A stretch of DNA of 63,102 nucleotides, the filler included, from Octopus bimaculoides (Eukaryota): NCBI RefSeq assembly GCF_001194135.2. It is 5 parts of 5 records of this genome, joined end to end, with 100 filler letters (N's around TTAATTAATTAA, not from the genome) between each part and the next. Parts side by side here need not be neighbours in the genome. Positions count along the whole stretch, not along the records: positions 31,003 to 54,315 come from NC_068985.1; positions 54,416 to 60,642 come from NC_069000.1; positions 60,743 to 63,102 come from NC_068993.1; 2 more parts are not named here. The stretch is one strand, 5' to 3'. This document shows positions 51,840 through 63,102 of the stretch, piece by piece; position 1 is the first letter of the stretch, and each line of letters starts with the position of its first letter. A program made the position numbers and the translations under genes. Under the pieces are notes generated by a model. The model saw nothing but the letters and a program-made list of their open reading frames with translations, ran no database searches and had not been told where the DNA came from.

Positions 51840-52594
51840 NNNNNNNNNNNNNNNNNNNNNNNNNNNNNNNNNNNNNNNNNNNNNNNNNNNNNNNNNNNNN
51901 NNNNNNNNNNNNNNNNNNNNNNNNNNNNNNNNNNNNNNNNNNNNNNNNNNNNNNNNNNNNNNNNNNNNNNNNNNNNNNNNNNNNNNNNNNNNNNNNNNNN
52001 NNNNNNNNNNNNNNNNNNNNNNNNNNNNNNNNNNNNNNNNNNNNNNNNNNNNNNNNNNNNNNNNNNNNNNNNNNNNNNNNNNNNNNNNNNNNNNNNNNNN
52101 NNNNNNNNNNNNNNNNNNNNNNNNNNNNNNNNNNNNNNNNNNNNNNNNNNNNNNNNNNNNNNNNNNNNNNNNNNNNNNNNNNNNNNNNNNNNNNNNNNNN
52201 NNNNNNNNNNNNNNNNNNNNNNNNNNNNNNNNNNNNNNNNNNNNNNNNNNNNNNNNNNNNNNNNNNNNNNNNNNNNNNNNNNNNNNNNNNNNNNNNNNNN
52301 NNNNNNNNNNNNNNNNNNNNNNNNNNNNNNNNNNNNNNNNNNNNNNNNNNNNNNNNNNNNNNNNNNNNNNNNNNNNNNNNNNNNNNNNNNNNNNNNNNNN
52401 NNNNNNNNNNNNNNNNNNNNNNNNNNNNNNNNNNNNNNNNNNNNNNNNNNNNNNNNNNNNNNNNCCTTCTATGGTATGTAAGACTGCATTACCTGGTGTT
52501 CTTGTCTTCATATAAGACGATAGATGGAGATTTAGTGTATAAAAGAAATCATAAAAAGAAAATGGTTAAAGTTTAAAATTATTTTCTCAAGTCA

Positions 52595-52825
52595 TGCTGA
52601 CTCACAAGACTCGGTTTCTCGGCTTCAATGGCGTATATATTCCCTACCTGGACGGGACGCCAGTCCGTCGCAAGATTACTCATTTTTGCCAGCTGAGTGG
52701 ATTGGAGCAACGTGAAATGAAGTGTTTTGCTCAAGAACACAACGCGTCGCCTGGCCCAGGAATCGAAACCACAATCTTACGATCATGAGTCCAATACTCT
52801 AACCACGAAGCCACGCACCTTCACT
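52595..52825 (-). mobile_element. tRNA-derived SINE family D with V-domain-like core
   Basis: The reverse complement reads GGTGCGTGGCTTCGTGGTTAGAG...GGTTTCGATTCC...TTGAGCAAAACACTTCAT...GCGACGGACTGGCGTCCCGTCCAGG. Partial relatives lie near 50230-50360 and 60060-60160. Confidence 0.8.
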
Positions 52826-53799
52826 AGACAGCGATTTGCGGGAGGTATGGTTGTTTTTTCTAGTAAGTCAAGCGACCTCGTGGATGCTCTCTCGTTAGCT
52901 TGACCGTGTGAAGTTGCACACAAGCATGCCAATTCTTGAAACTGAAGAAGTCAATTTTCTTTTAAATAATATTTAACTTAATATTATATTCAGATATTTT
53001 TATTCACCATTGCACTTCAGCTGGCTACTTTCCGTGAATTATACCATCTTCTGTAGAAAGTACTGCGTAGACTTCCACAGTAAATATCAATATCAGATTC
53101 TTTTTTCTCTCTTATTTCTTGTTCTATTCTTTTTNNNNNNNNNNTTTTTTTTGTTTTTTTTTTTGAACACCAGTCTTGCTGAAAATATATTTATTGTATT
53201 GCACTATACGTATTGGAAAACGTTCATGTTGCATCGTTTATAAACTGTACGAAACATGGTGTATGTTCTATTAAAATAGCTTTATTCATAGCAAACCTGA
53301 CCGTGCATATTTTATTGGAACAGAGTGGAGAAAGAGTGTGACATAATGGAATAACTGATAGAGAAAAATAGAAGAGAAAACTAGAAAATTTTGGTCTCTT
53401 TAATCCGTCTTATTTGTTTGTCGAAACTGCAACGCTCTTGAAATCATGATTTCATCCTCCTCCTCATCGTCATCTTCAACATCATCATCTTCAACATCAT
53501 CATCATCATCATCATCACCATCAGTATCATCATCATCATCATCATCATCAATATTTGAAATACTGTAATAACTAAGACATTGGTAAATAAATGTGCATAT
53601 TCATAAAGATTCAACTGAGGCAGAGCTTAAGGGGGGAAAAAACAAGTTAAAATAAGGAAATAAAATCCCGAATTAAAAGATTTAGAAAAGAGTAGTCAAG
53701 TATACAAAGATATAATGCAACCAAGAACACGTAATTCTCATAATCCAGTAACAATTGCAAGTAAATGAAATATAATAAATACCATATTTATGTATAAAT

Positions 53800-54190
53800 A
53801 TTGGTTTTAAATTTTGGCACAAGGCCAGTAATTTCGGGAATGGGGCTAAGTAGATTACATTGGCCCCAGTGTACAACTGGAGCTTATTTTTATCGACCTC
53901 GAAAGGATGGAAGGTAGAATCAACCCCGGAGAAATTTGAATTCAGAGCATGAAGACGGACGGAATAGCGCTAAGCATTTTGCCCCGCGTGCTAATGATTC
54001 TTTTCTTCTCTAAGCATAAGGCCAGTCAATTAGAGTGACCTCAATACGCGACTGGTACTTAATTCATCGACCCCGAAGGAATGAAAGGCAAAGTCAACCT
54101 CGACGGAATTTGAACTCAGAAGGTAAAGACAGACGAAATACCGCTAAGCATTTAGCCCGGCGTGCTAACGTTTCTGCCAACTCGCCGCCA
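53800..54190 (-). mobile_element. Two tandem SINE family B copies
   Basis: About 53800-54000 and 54040-54190, each with TTATCGACC..GAA.GGA...GAACTCAGA...GCTAAGCATTT...CGTGCTAA. Confidence 0.88.
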
Positions 54191-54315
54191 TATTCGTGTA
54201 CAGTGAGTTTTCAAAGCACAAATATGATACAGGTTCTCTCCGAAAGAGTCCTCGTTTCATTTAGGATGCTCCTCCCCTCTCTCTCTCTCTCACTCTCTCT
54301 CGATGTATGTATATA

Positions 54316-54415
54316 NNNNNNNNNNNNNNNNNNNNNNNNNNNNNNNNNNNNNNNNNNNNTTAATTAATTAANNNNNNNNNNNNNNNNNNNNNNNNNNNNN
54401 NNNNNNNNNNNNNNN
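54316..54415. other. Artificial scaffold spacer N44-TTAATTAATTAA-N44
   Basis: Same construct as at 22009. Confidence 0.95.
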
Positions 54416-54437
54416 ATATATATATATATATATTCAT

Positions 54438-54585
54438 AAGACGGGCTTCTTTCAGTTTCCGTCTACCAAATCCACTCACAAGGCTTTGGTCGGCTCGAGG
54501 CAATAGTTGAAGACACTTGTCCAAGGTCACATGCAGTGGGACTGAACCCAGAACCACGTGGCTGGCAAGCGAGCTTCTTACCATA
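54438..54585 (-). mobile_element. SINE family A 5' half
   Basis: GACGGGCTTCTTTCAGTTTCCGTCTACCAAATCCACTCACAAGGC...GGGACTGAACCCAGAACCAC. Confidence 0.9.
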
Positions 54586-55705
54586 AATATTTAAAATATT
54601 TTTCAGTTAAACATTTTTTTTAATCTTCAATTTTTTTTTTTTTTTTTCTTTTCACGTATCAGTATATATAATATGGAACAGTCTCAAAGATAAAATGTCG
54701 ACTGAGTTAATATTTCATTCGTTCTGTCCTTTGTCCTGTTATTAAGAATAAGCATTTCCTTGGGCAAGATATTGAAACCCTCTCCTTCTCAATTACATAC
54801 CAATTATTGGTACCACGCCAATCCAACGATTTAACTAATGAATGGTTACAATTGCCAAAAGGTCTTAGATCTGAATTCTTCGGAAGATAACGAACAGCAA
54901 AAGAGCAAAAGAGCGTCTCATTGCCATGGAAACGATAAACCATAGACTTGGGATTTATTTTTATCAGTAATTATGAACTTTCTGTATGTGCACCATCGTC
55001 TGTCGCCTTGCATTTCGTCTTAATTGTATCAATTCCGAATATTCTCTATAATTTAAACAAACTATTTACCGCCGTCCACGTCATAATCTCACTTCCCATC
55101 TACCTCTCCCTACTCCTTCCTTTCATTTCTTCTCTCCCACCTCTTCTACATTGTCTTTCTTCTCTTTCTCCTCTTTATTCTCACTTCTTTCTCTCTTATT
55201 CTTTCTTTCTCCTCTACTTCCTCTTCGTACCTTTTACATCTTCTTTCTTCATCTACACCCCCTCCTTTTTCCAAATTCTCATTCCCCACTCTTCCGTCTA
55301 CTTTTTCTTTGTCTTTTCCTCTAACACATCATCCTCATTTCCATCTTCATCATTCACATCTACCATCAAATAAATCCCCCTCCTCCTCCTCCTCATCATC
55401 ATCATCAACCATTTCCAACATTCGGTTACCCCTTCCCTATTTGCTTAATCAATACCCCGCCGCTCAATCAAGAATCTCATCTGCAATTATAAACTAGAGG
55501 CAATCGGAATCAAGTGACATCCGGTGCTATGATAAAATGAGGATTTTAATCATTACGAATGCTCAACGTGGTTGGGGCTATTTTGTTCAGAGAGTTATTC
55601 CAGGATAACAGTGGATGGATTAGTAATAGAATCGGTGCAGAATGTAATGACTTACAAGATGAGTTCAGAAATAGCATGTTTTTATTCATTCACAATAAAT
55701 ACTCA

Positions 55706-55886
55706 TCGTGGATTGTATATAAGAGATTGTATATAAGAGATTATAGGAGATTGTATATAAGAGATTATAGGAGATTGTATATAAGAGATTATAGGAGATT
55801 GTATATAAGAGATTATAGGAGATTGTATATAAGAGATTATAGGAGATTGTATATAAGAGATTATAGAAGATTGTATATAAGAGATT
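55706..55886. repeat. 24-bp minisatellite (TTGTATATAAGAGATTATAGGAGA)n, about 6.5 copies
   Basis: Direct inspection; it produces the RLYIRDYR repeat in ORF 55559-55894. Confidence 0.96.
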
Positions 55887-55918
55887 TTGGGTAAAGTCTA
55901 CTCCATGGATTTTTCAAC

Positions 55919-56303
55919 AAGGCGCAGGCGTGGCTATGTGGTAAGAAGCTTGCTTCCCCGCCACATGGTTCTGGGTTCAGTCCCATTGCGTGGTATATTG
56001 GGTAAGTATCTTCTACTATAGCCTTGGGCCGACTAAAACTTTGTGAGGAGATTTGGTAGACGGAAACTGAAAGAAGCCCGCTGTATAGGTATACGTATAT
56101 ACCTATACGAGTTTTTATGTCTGTTTATCCCCCACCAACGCATGGCAACCGGTGTTGATGTGTTTACGTCCTCGTAACTTGGAGGTTCAGCAAAAAAGAA
56201 CGATGGAGTAAGTAGCGGACTTTTAAAAAGTGCTGGGGTGATTCATTTGACCGAAAATCTTCAAGGCGGTGCCCCACCATGGCTGCAGTCTGATGACTAA
56301 AAC
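55919..56303 (+). mobile_element. SINE family A, near full length
   Basis: AAGGCGCAGGCGTGGCTATGTGGTAAG...GGGTTCAGTCCC...CAAGGCGGTGCCCCACCATGGCTGCAGTCTGATGACTAAAAC. Confidence 0.9.
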
Positions 56304-56409
56304 ATATATATATATATANNNNNNNNNNNNNNNNNNNNNNNNNNNNNNGAACATACTGCTGAGTATATTATTTTTCGCTGGTACACATAAAAGGCAAACT
56401 GAAATACTG

Positions 56410-56589
56410 ATTTCAAATTCTGAGAGAGGATAAGTCGATTACACCGGCCCCAGTGCTCAACTGGTACTTATTTTATCGATCCCGGAAGAATGAAAGGCAA
56501 AGTCGACCTTACCGGAAATCTAAACCCAGACGAAATGCTGCTAAGCGTTTTGGTTGGCGTGGTAACGACTCTGTCAGCTCGCCGCCTTA
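56410..56589 (-). mobile_element. SINE family B copy
   Basis: CCAGTGCTCAACTGGTACTTATTTTATCGATCCCGG...CTGTCAGCTCGCCGCCTT. Confidence 0.87.
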
Positions 56590-57212
56590 GGCTAAGTGAA
56601 ATATTAAATATCTCAATCGTTAGGTCATCGGTATATGTGCCTAGCAGAACTATTTCTGGGCCTCGTTAACTTATAAGTTGAAATCCTTGTGTCAACTTTG
56701 CATTTCGTCCGTCCAGGATTGATAAACGGAAATATTACAAAATACAGCTGTCAATATAATAAACTAATCCCACCCTGAAAATCTTAGCTATTGTCCGTAT
56801 ATATGAAGTAATGCTGTATTGGCGTATTGTCTGTGCGAGCCACACACATAGACTAGTATATACAATGGCTACACAGAAATACATCATTCTTACAATCAAA
56901 AACGATATTCATATAGTTATTATTCATTCAGCTATACATAATAACGCTACGCCTCATTGACCGTGCAGGTGTGTGCATATAGGCATGAATACGACGCTCT
57001 ACATGGGCACGTCTGCTCTTCATAAACGTGCTTCAGAGACTTTATTTTATAAAAATCTTTTGAATTAAAATTTTAGATGAAAATTCATTACTTGTTGTTA
57101 GTTCGTTAGTGTTTCAATTTTTTATTCTTACAGTCTGGTTTCCTCTTGAGTTATACACACACACGCACACACACACACACACAAACACAAACACACACAC
57201 ACACACACACAT

Positions 57213-57294
<82 letters not shown>

Positions 57295-58596
57295 GCAGAC
57301 AGGCAGACAGACAGACAGGCAGACAGACAGAAAGACAGAAACAGGGAGATAGATAGAGAGATAGAGAGATAGATAGATAGATATCGGCGTGTGAGACTCT
57401 ATATGCATTAAAATGCGTATGCACACTTGCAAATCTACATACATTTATCCATATATATATGTATATATATATACATATATAAACACAAAGACACACACAC
57501 ACATGCGTACATGTACACATATGCTCACATGTATACAGTTATGCATTATATGTGTACGCATGCATATATATATATGTGTGTGTGTGTGTGTAGTCTACAC
57601 ATGCGAATATACGTGCGTTTGTTCACATATACATCTGCAAGAAAATGTAAATAATTGTCTTATCGTCCGCCATGTTCCCGACTAATGTGATGGAATGAAC
57701 AGTTTTCTAAATTTGTGTTCACACCTTCAGCAAGAAACCATCAGCAATCAATAAAATGATACGATTTTCTAGACGAAATAACAGGCACTCAAGTGGAAAA
57801 TAACCGTTTCGAATATCAAACCCATTACTGGTCGAAATTAAGAATGTAAAGAGGAAAATAAATAATAAAAATATCAGAGAGAAAATTACGGCAAGAGAAA
57901 TTGTACTATTGCACTTATCGTCTGCGTTCATATCAAGAATGGGCAGAAAAGAAATGATTGGAGCACAAGTTTTTTTTTTTATCATATCTCTTAGTCTATC
58001 AGTTATGTGTTGGGGTATATGCACGCACGACTTGGCAAAAACGTGCCAGGCGTTCGGCATAACTTGAGCGAAGAATTTCTCGTTTGGCATGACTGTATCC
58101 TGTTTGAGTCTGGAGCAACGACAAAATAAACCGCTGCGTTAGCGATTTACATGTGTATTTGCTTGAATAGTTTTCCCCATAACATATACAAGTAATCAAT
58201 GCCACGATGTAACCTGTTTGGAAGCGGGATGGTGTCTCAACTATTATATCTCATATCGGTGATTGAGATATGCTTGTCGTGTGCGTATGAGCGTACATGT
58301 AATAGACTTGTATGTGCTCGTATGTGCGCTTCTGCATCTAATCATGTATCTATATATGTGTAGTTGATATGCAGTAATTGCATGAAGTGCAGTGGTCTCC
58401 GGTCAAGCTCTGGCTTGTGATAGTACAAGTTAGTATGCAGAAATATTCCAGCCTACATGTCCCCGACTCTGATCAATGTATAACCGTCTCCACAGTCTAC
58501 GTTGTACATAATGTTGTTTGCTGTATTGTTTCGGTGTTCTGGTTGCGTTACTTAACTAAAATGTGAATCAATAGACATGGATTTATTACAGAGAGA

Positions 58597-58637
<41 letters not shown>

Positions 58638-59809
58638 AGGAAGAAAGTGAGAGAGAAATGGGGGAGAGAGTGAGAGAGAGAGAGCAGAAAGGAAACACAA
58701 GCTGATGGGTTGACGTTCATATTTAACTCAATATCATGAAACTATAATTGCTGCTGAATGGAATTGAATGTTCATTGAGGGCACGGATCACTGGTATGTA
58801 TGTATGAATGTATGTATGTATGTATGTATGTATATATGTATGTACGTATGTATGTATGTATGTATATATGTATGTACGTACGTACGTATGTATGTATGTA
58901 TGTATGTATGTATGCGTGTATGTGTATATGTGTATGTATATATGTGTGTAAATATATATGCTGTAAATTTATAATAAATATAACTCAAAGACAGTATTAG
59001 TTTGTAAAATAATGATGAAGGAAATGTCTTTAACGTTTCGAGTATTCATTCTTCTCCCGAAAGATAGGCTCGCTATGAAGTGAAAAGAACAGAGAAGGAA
59101 AACTAGAGAAAAAAACGCCCGTCGGTTCAACCGCCAGAGCATGGTAAATGACCGATGGACGCTTCACACTTTACATTTAACCATCTATCCTGGATATGTT
59201 ATTAAGGACTTTGCCATAAAAAAGAAACCTTTCAGTGTGTTCTCTCTCTTATCCACAACACATCCCTTTCGGTCCTAGACTGGTTAAAGGAAATCACCCT
59301 GCTCTTCCTGTCAAAGAAAAGCAATGAGACGGTCTTCATAATAAAACTCACAGGCAGCAAGATTCACCCTACACAAAACGTCTATTCGATATGATTCTAC
59401 AAGACAGCAATATTCAGAATGGTGTGTGTATCTTGATGACGGAGACGTCATACCTGTAGAATTTATCAAGGACAGGCAATGCTCACTGGTCGTACTAACA
59501 GATAAAGTGTCTTTAGAAATTGTCCATAAACTTGGAGCTGGAAGTTCTCTGAAAAAGACTGGTCAGTTGATACGCAAAGCACAAACGTGGTTGAGTCTTT
59601 AAAAAACTTGCTGTGCAGCCTTGAGGTTCCGGATTCAGAGCTTCTTTAGGTTTCCGTCAACCAAATTCAATTCACTCCAAACGCGTCAGTCGGTCCTTCG
59701 GTGTTACAGTAGAAAATACTTACTCAAGGTACCTAAGATTGAATCCTAAACCACATAGCTGCAAAGTGGACTTCTTATCTACAAATCCAAATATTTTTTA
59801 GAAGCTTGC

Positions 59810-59935
59810 TAGACGCAGACAGGGAATAAAAGTTGATTGGAAATAAATACTTGTGACTTAGCTGGAGTTTTCTATTGCTTTTTCTCATTAAAGTATTGCG
59901 TAATGAAATCGGGTCATTCTTTTTGAATAACCCTG

Positions 59936-59937
<2 letters not shown>
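59810..59937 (-). mobile_element. Solo Tc1/mariner-type transposon end
   Basis: The reverse complement begins TA-CAGGGTTATTCAAAAAGAATGACCCGATTT, a mariner-like TIR start abutting (TA)/(CA)n. No partner end was found. Confidence 0.5.
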
Positions 59938-59979
<42 letters not shown>

Positions 59980-60607
59980 GGGGCCTGTGTAGGGGTATGT
60001 GTGTATCCAGCAGAAGGATGGTACTTCTTGGGCTCTCGGCTTCCTAGACGACAACTTGACATTATAGTAAAATGCAAATGCCCTAAGTGCTGCACTGTAA
60101 GACCGAACCTGGAATCACTTCGTCGCAAAGCATATCTCCTAACTACACAAGCCGTGTCGGCGTTTATTTCTATGAACATTTGACATTTCTAGAAATAATT
60201 TTCGATAAATTAAATTAAATCTTTCGCCATCAAAAAACCTTCTGTAATTGAAATCAAAGAACTTGTTATCAGCTTCCTAATAAAATTCCCAACTTTAATG
60301 TCAATTAAATATTTCAGTTCTATTTAAGTGTAGTGTTAGAGGGGACGTTGACGAGAAAAAAATTTGCTTTCTCGAAATACACGTGTATGTATGTATGTAC
60401 GTATGTATGTATGTATGTATGTATGTATGTATGTATGTATGTATGTGTGTGTGTGTATGTTTGCATGTATGTATGTATTTATGTATGTATATATGTATGT
60501 ATGTAAACATATATAATGATATGAAAATATGAGTAGGCAGGTACGTGTACATACATATATATACATATATATATATGTGTGTGTGTATGTGCATGTGTAT
60601 GTGCATG

Positions 60608-60642
<35 letters not shown>

Positions 60643-60742
60643 NNNNNNNNNNNNNNNNNNNNNNNNNNNNNNNNNNNNNNNNNNNNTTAATTAATTAANN
60701 NNNNNNNNNNNNNNNNNNNNNNNNNNNNNNNNNNNNNNNNNN
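60643..60742. other. Artificial scaffold spacer N44-TTAATTAATTAA-N44
   Basis: Same construct as at 22009. Confidence 0.95.
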
Positions 60743-60941
60743 CGTTTTCGTGCGGGTGACACGTAAAAGCACCCACTACACTCTCTGAGTGGTTGGCGTT
60801 AGGAAGGGCATCCAGCTGTAGAAACTCTGCCAAATTAGATTGGAGCCTGGTGTTGCCATCCGGTTTCACCAGTCCTCAGTCAAATCGTCCAACCCATGCT
60901 AGCATGGAAAGCGGACGTTAAACGACGATGATGATGATGAT
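60743..60941 (+). mobile_element. SINE family E 3' half with RTE-like (GAT)n tail
   Basis: GTGGTTGGCGTTAGGAAGGGCATCCAGCTGTAGAAAC...CCCATGCTAGCATGGAAAGCGGACGTTAAACGACGATGATGATGATG. A decayed relative lies near 26290-26375. Confidence 0.85.
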
Positions 60942-63102
60942 CTCTGAACTATGAGACACTAAACCAATGATTATATATCTTAGTCTTGAGAGGTTTGCAA
61001 CTTTTCCAGGAAAGCATGCTACCAATTCCCCAGATAAGTAAACAGAGTCAGAATTGTCTTGTCCAAAATTTCAATGCTTAACTTGCAGCATACCAACTTA
61101 CAACTTGTGATCTAGCAGTCCAATATATTATCACCAAAACATTACATCATCTTATTTGATAAGAATCGAGAACATTTACTCTCACATCTTTCATTTGGTT
61201 CTTTTTTCAAACTCTAAAATGTCATTAAAAAGTCAATACATGAAGCAGTTGGAGTACAGTACTTCTTAGTTCAGATGAGCAAAGCTTGTTACAGCAGCGA
61301 GTGAAGAAACAGTGAAACTGTAATATGTCAGTGTCTTTGCCAATCAGTCAAATGGTTTACAGTGGGAGGGAAGGAAAATCTAAATGGCTTCAATTTTTTC
61401 TGTTTTTCAAGCTTAGAAAGGATGTAGTGGAAGTCTATTTCCTCGATAAGTCTAGTGATTGTGTGTCATTTTGCAAGATTTTAGGTTATCGTAACCTCAT
61501 TGGCAGATATTTACAAGATCTGCATTATATAGAATCAGTGCATGTCAAGCACAAGGAATCTGAAGTCTGTCTGGATAACCCCTATGTGGAAGATTAACAA
61601 AAAGTGAAAGATAGAGAGTGTGTGTGTGCATGTAATTAGTGGTAACAATAGGTCAATAATGCACAAAGGAAAAGTATGGAAGACAACAAGAATTGTGGTT
61701 CGCCAAAGTTAATGTTGGTGAAAGAGGCCTACCAGGGAGGGCATTGACAGAATGATCTCACATGAAACGCTCAAAGAGATAAGAAAAAGAGTTCATGGGC
61801 AGACAAGGTTGCTTTTACCAAAGTTGCAAAAAGTAAAAGAACATTGGTGTGTGAGATAGATAAATGATATCTACATGAAGCGGAGAGATTGTACAGGCCA
61901 GTGCCAGCTTTCGGATTCAAGAATCTTAAACAAATAAAAGATAAATCTTTGCATGGATAATAAAAGGCCCTACTGTCAAGGAAACATTTCCAGAAAATTG
62001 AATTCCTGTTTTTGTCATTTGCATGACCTAAGCTGATTGAAATAAGTGCCCAGGCCTACAAAAAAAAAGGTCCAGCCTGAACTAGGAACTCATAACTTAT
62101 GAAAGAATACCTCATGCCCACCCCTCAACTCCATAAAATCCTTTTTAGTCTATCTCACCTGAAGCAATAGAAGATACTATCTGCTCCCTAAATTATACAA
62201 AATATCTGAATTGATAGAATAATTCAACCCATGCCAGCTGGCAAATATTGAATGCAAAAAACAAAAAAAATTTTTAATTTAGTAAATTCCTTAATAATCC
62301 ATATGAGCATAACATTGTATAAACAAGAGATAATAGTGGAAATTAATGCTTTAGCACCAATAAATTGATCCTTTCCTTGGGAAAAAAAAATCATTTATTT
62401 AGAAGAAACAATTTCACTTGATGTGAAAACAGCCAGTTTATAAATGTATGCGTGTGTGTGTCAGATCAAATTTGATAATTCATTGATTGATGTAATCCAC
62501 TAAAGAATTAACAAGTTGGGGAAAGGAACCCTTCTGGCTTAAGTAAACCCCAAAACATTAAAATGGAAACCAACAGTAACACTTGTAATTAATCCTCAGT
62601 TGGCAACATAGTTTTGAATAGAGAAGACACCGTTTCCCTTCAATTAATCTGTTTACTTTGAGCAATTAGCAGTCTGAAGCAAGCCAATAATAGAACCACC
62701 ACATGATCATTTGATCTACTAGAAATAGCAACCAAATCTGGCCTCAAATGACACATTGTATAATGTAATCCTCGATATACTTTGTTTGAAATGAGATGTT
62801 TGGGAGGTCACTGCTGGAAAGCTTTTCATCACAGGTCTACTAAACTGGGGCTGACCTGGGTTGCACATTAGCAGACTATTAGTTTCTGAACTGAGACTCA
62901 GGTATCAGTCTACATTGCAAATTAGAGCACAATTTACAAACAATTCCTAAGAACAATCATCTGAAACAGTAAAATTACAGCAATAAATTTATATCAGATA
63001 TTTGGTTCGATTTCTAACAATCGTAGGTCAACTGATTCATTTCAGGTGAGAAAAATCCAAAGACAACATTATTGTACTGAGTTTTACTATCAACCCCCCC
63101 CC

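Overview
This is AT-rich eukaryotic DNA dense in microsatellites, with about 7 kb of N gaps. The SINE families, mariner relics, Penelope-like and R4/Dong-type LINE fragments and (TA)n/(TAGA)n/(CATA)n arrays look like an octopus or other coleoid cephalopod genome; this is recognition, not a database result. I cannot confidently call any intact protein-coding gene, rRNA, tRNA or CRISPR array, and nearly all ORF-track entries are microsatellite or gap artefacts. Supported content: two decayed mariner transposons, Penelope-like GIY-YIG fragments, three RLE (R4/Dong-like) LINE 3' ends, two CR1/L2-type LINE fragments and many tRNA-derived SINEs from at least five families. There are also several fold-back or MITE elements, two minisatellites and assembly artefacts (four N44-TTAATTAATTAA-N44 spacers and duplicated gap flanks). 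Best leads: (1) minimal hammerhead ribozyme motifs in Penelope-derived repeats, one with a compensatory A3-U8 core instead of C3-G8; (2) a 750-bp minisatellite apparently built from a SINE insertion junction; (3) a decayed, signal-peptide-bearing ORF of unknown origin split by a SINE with an 11-bp TSD; (4) long fold-back elements that could be ADAR substrates; (5) a few unassigned exon-like segments next to a sharp drop in CpG. SINE and relic boundaries are approximate.
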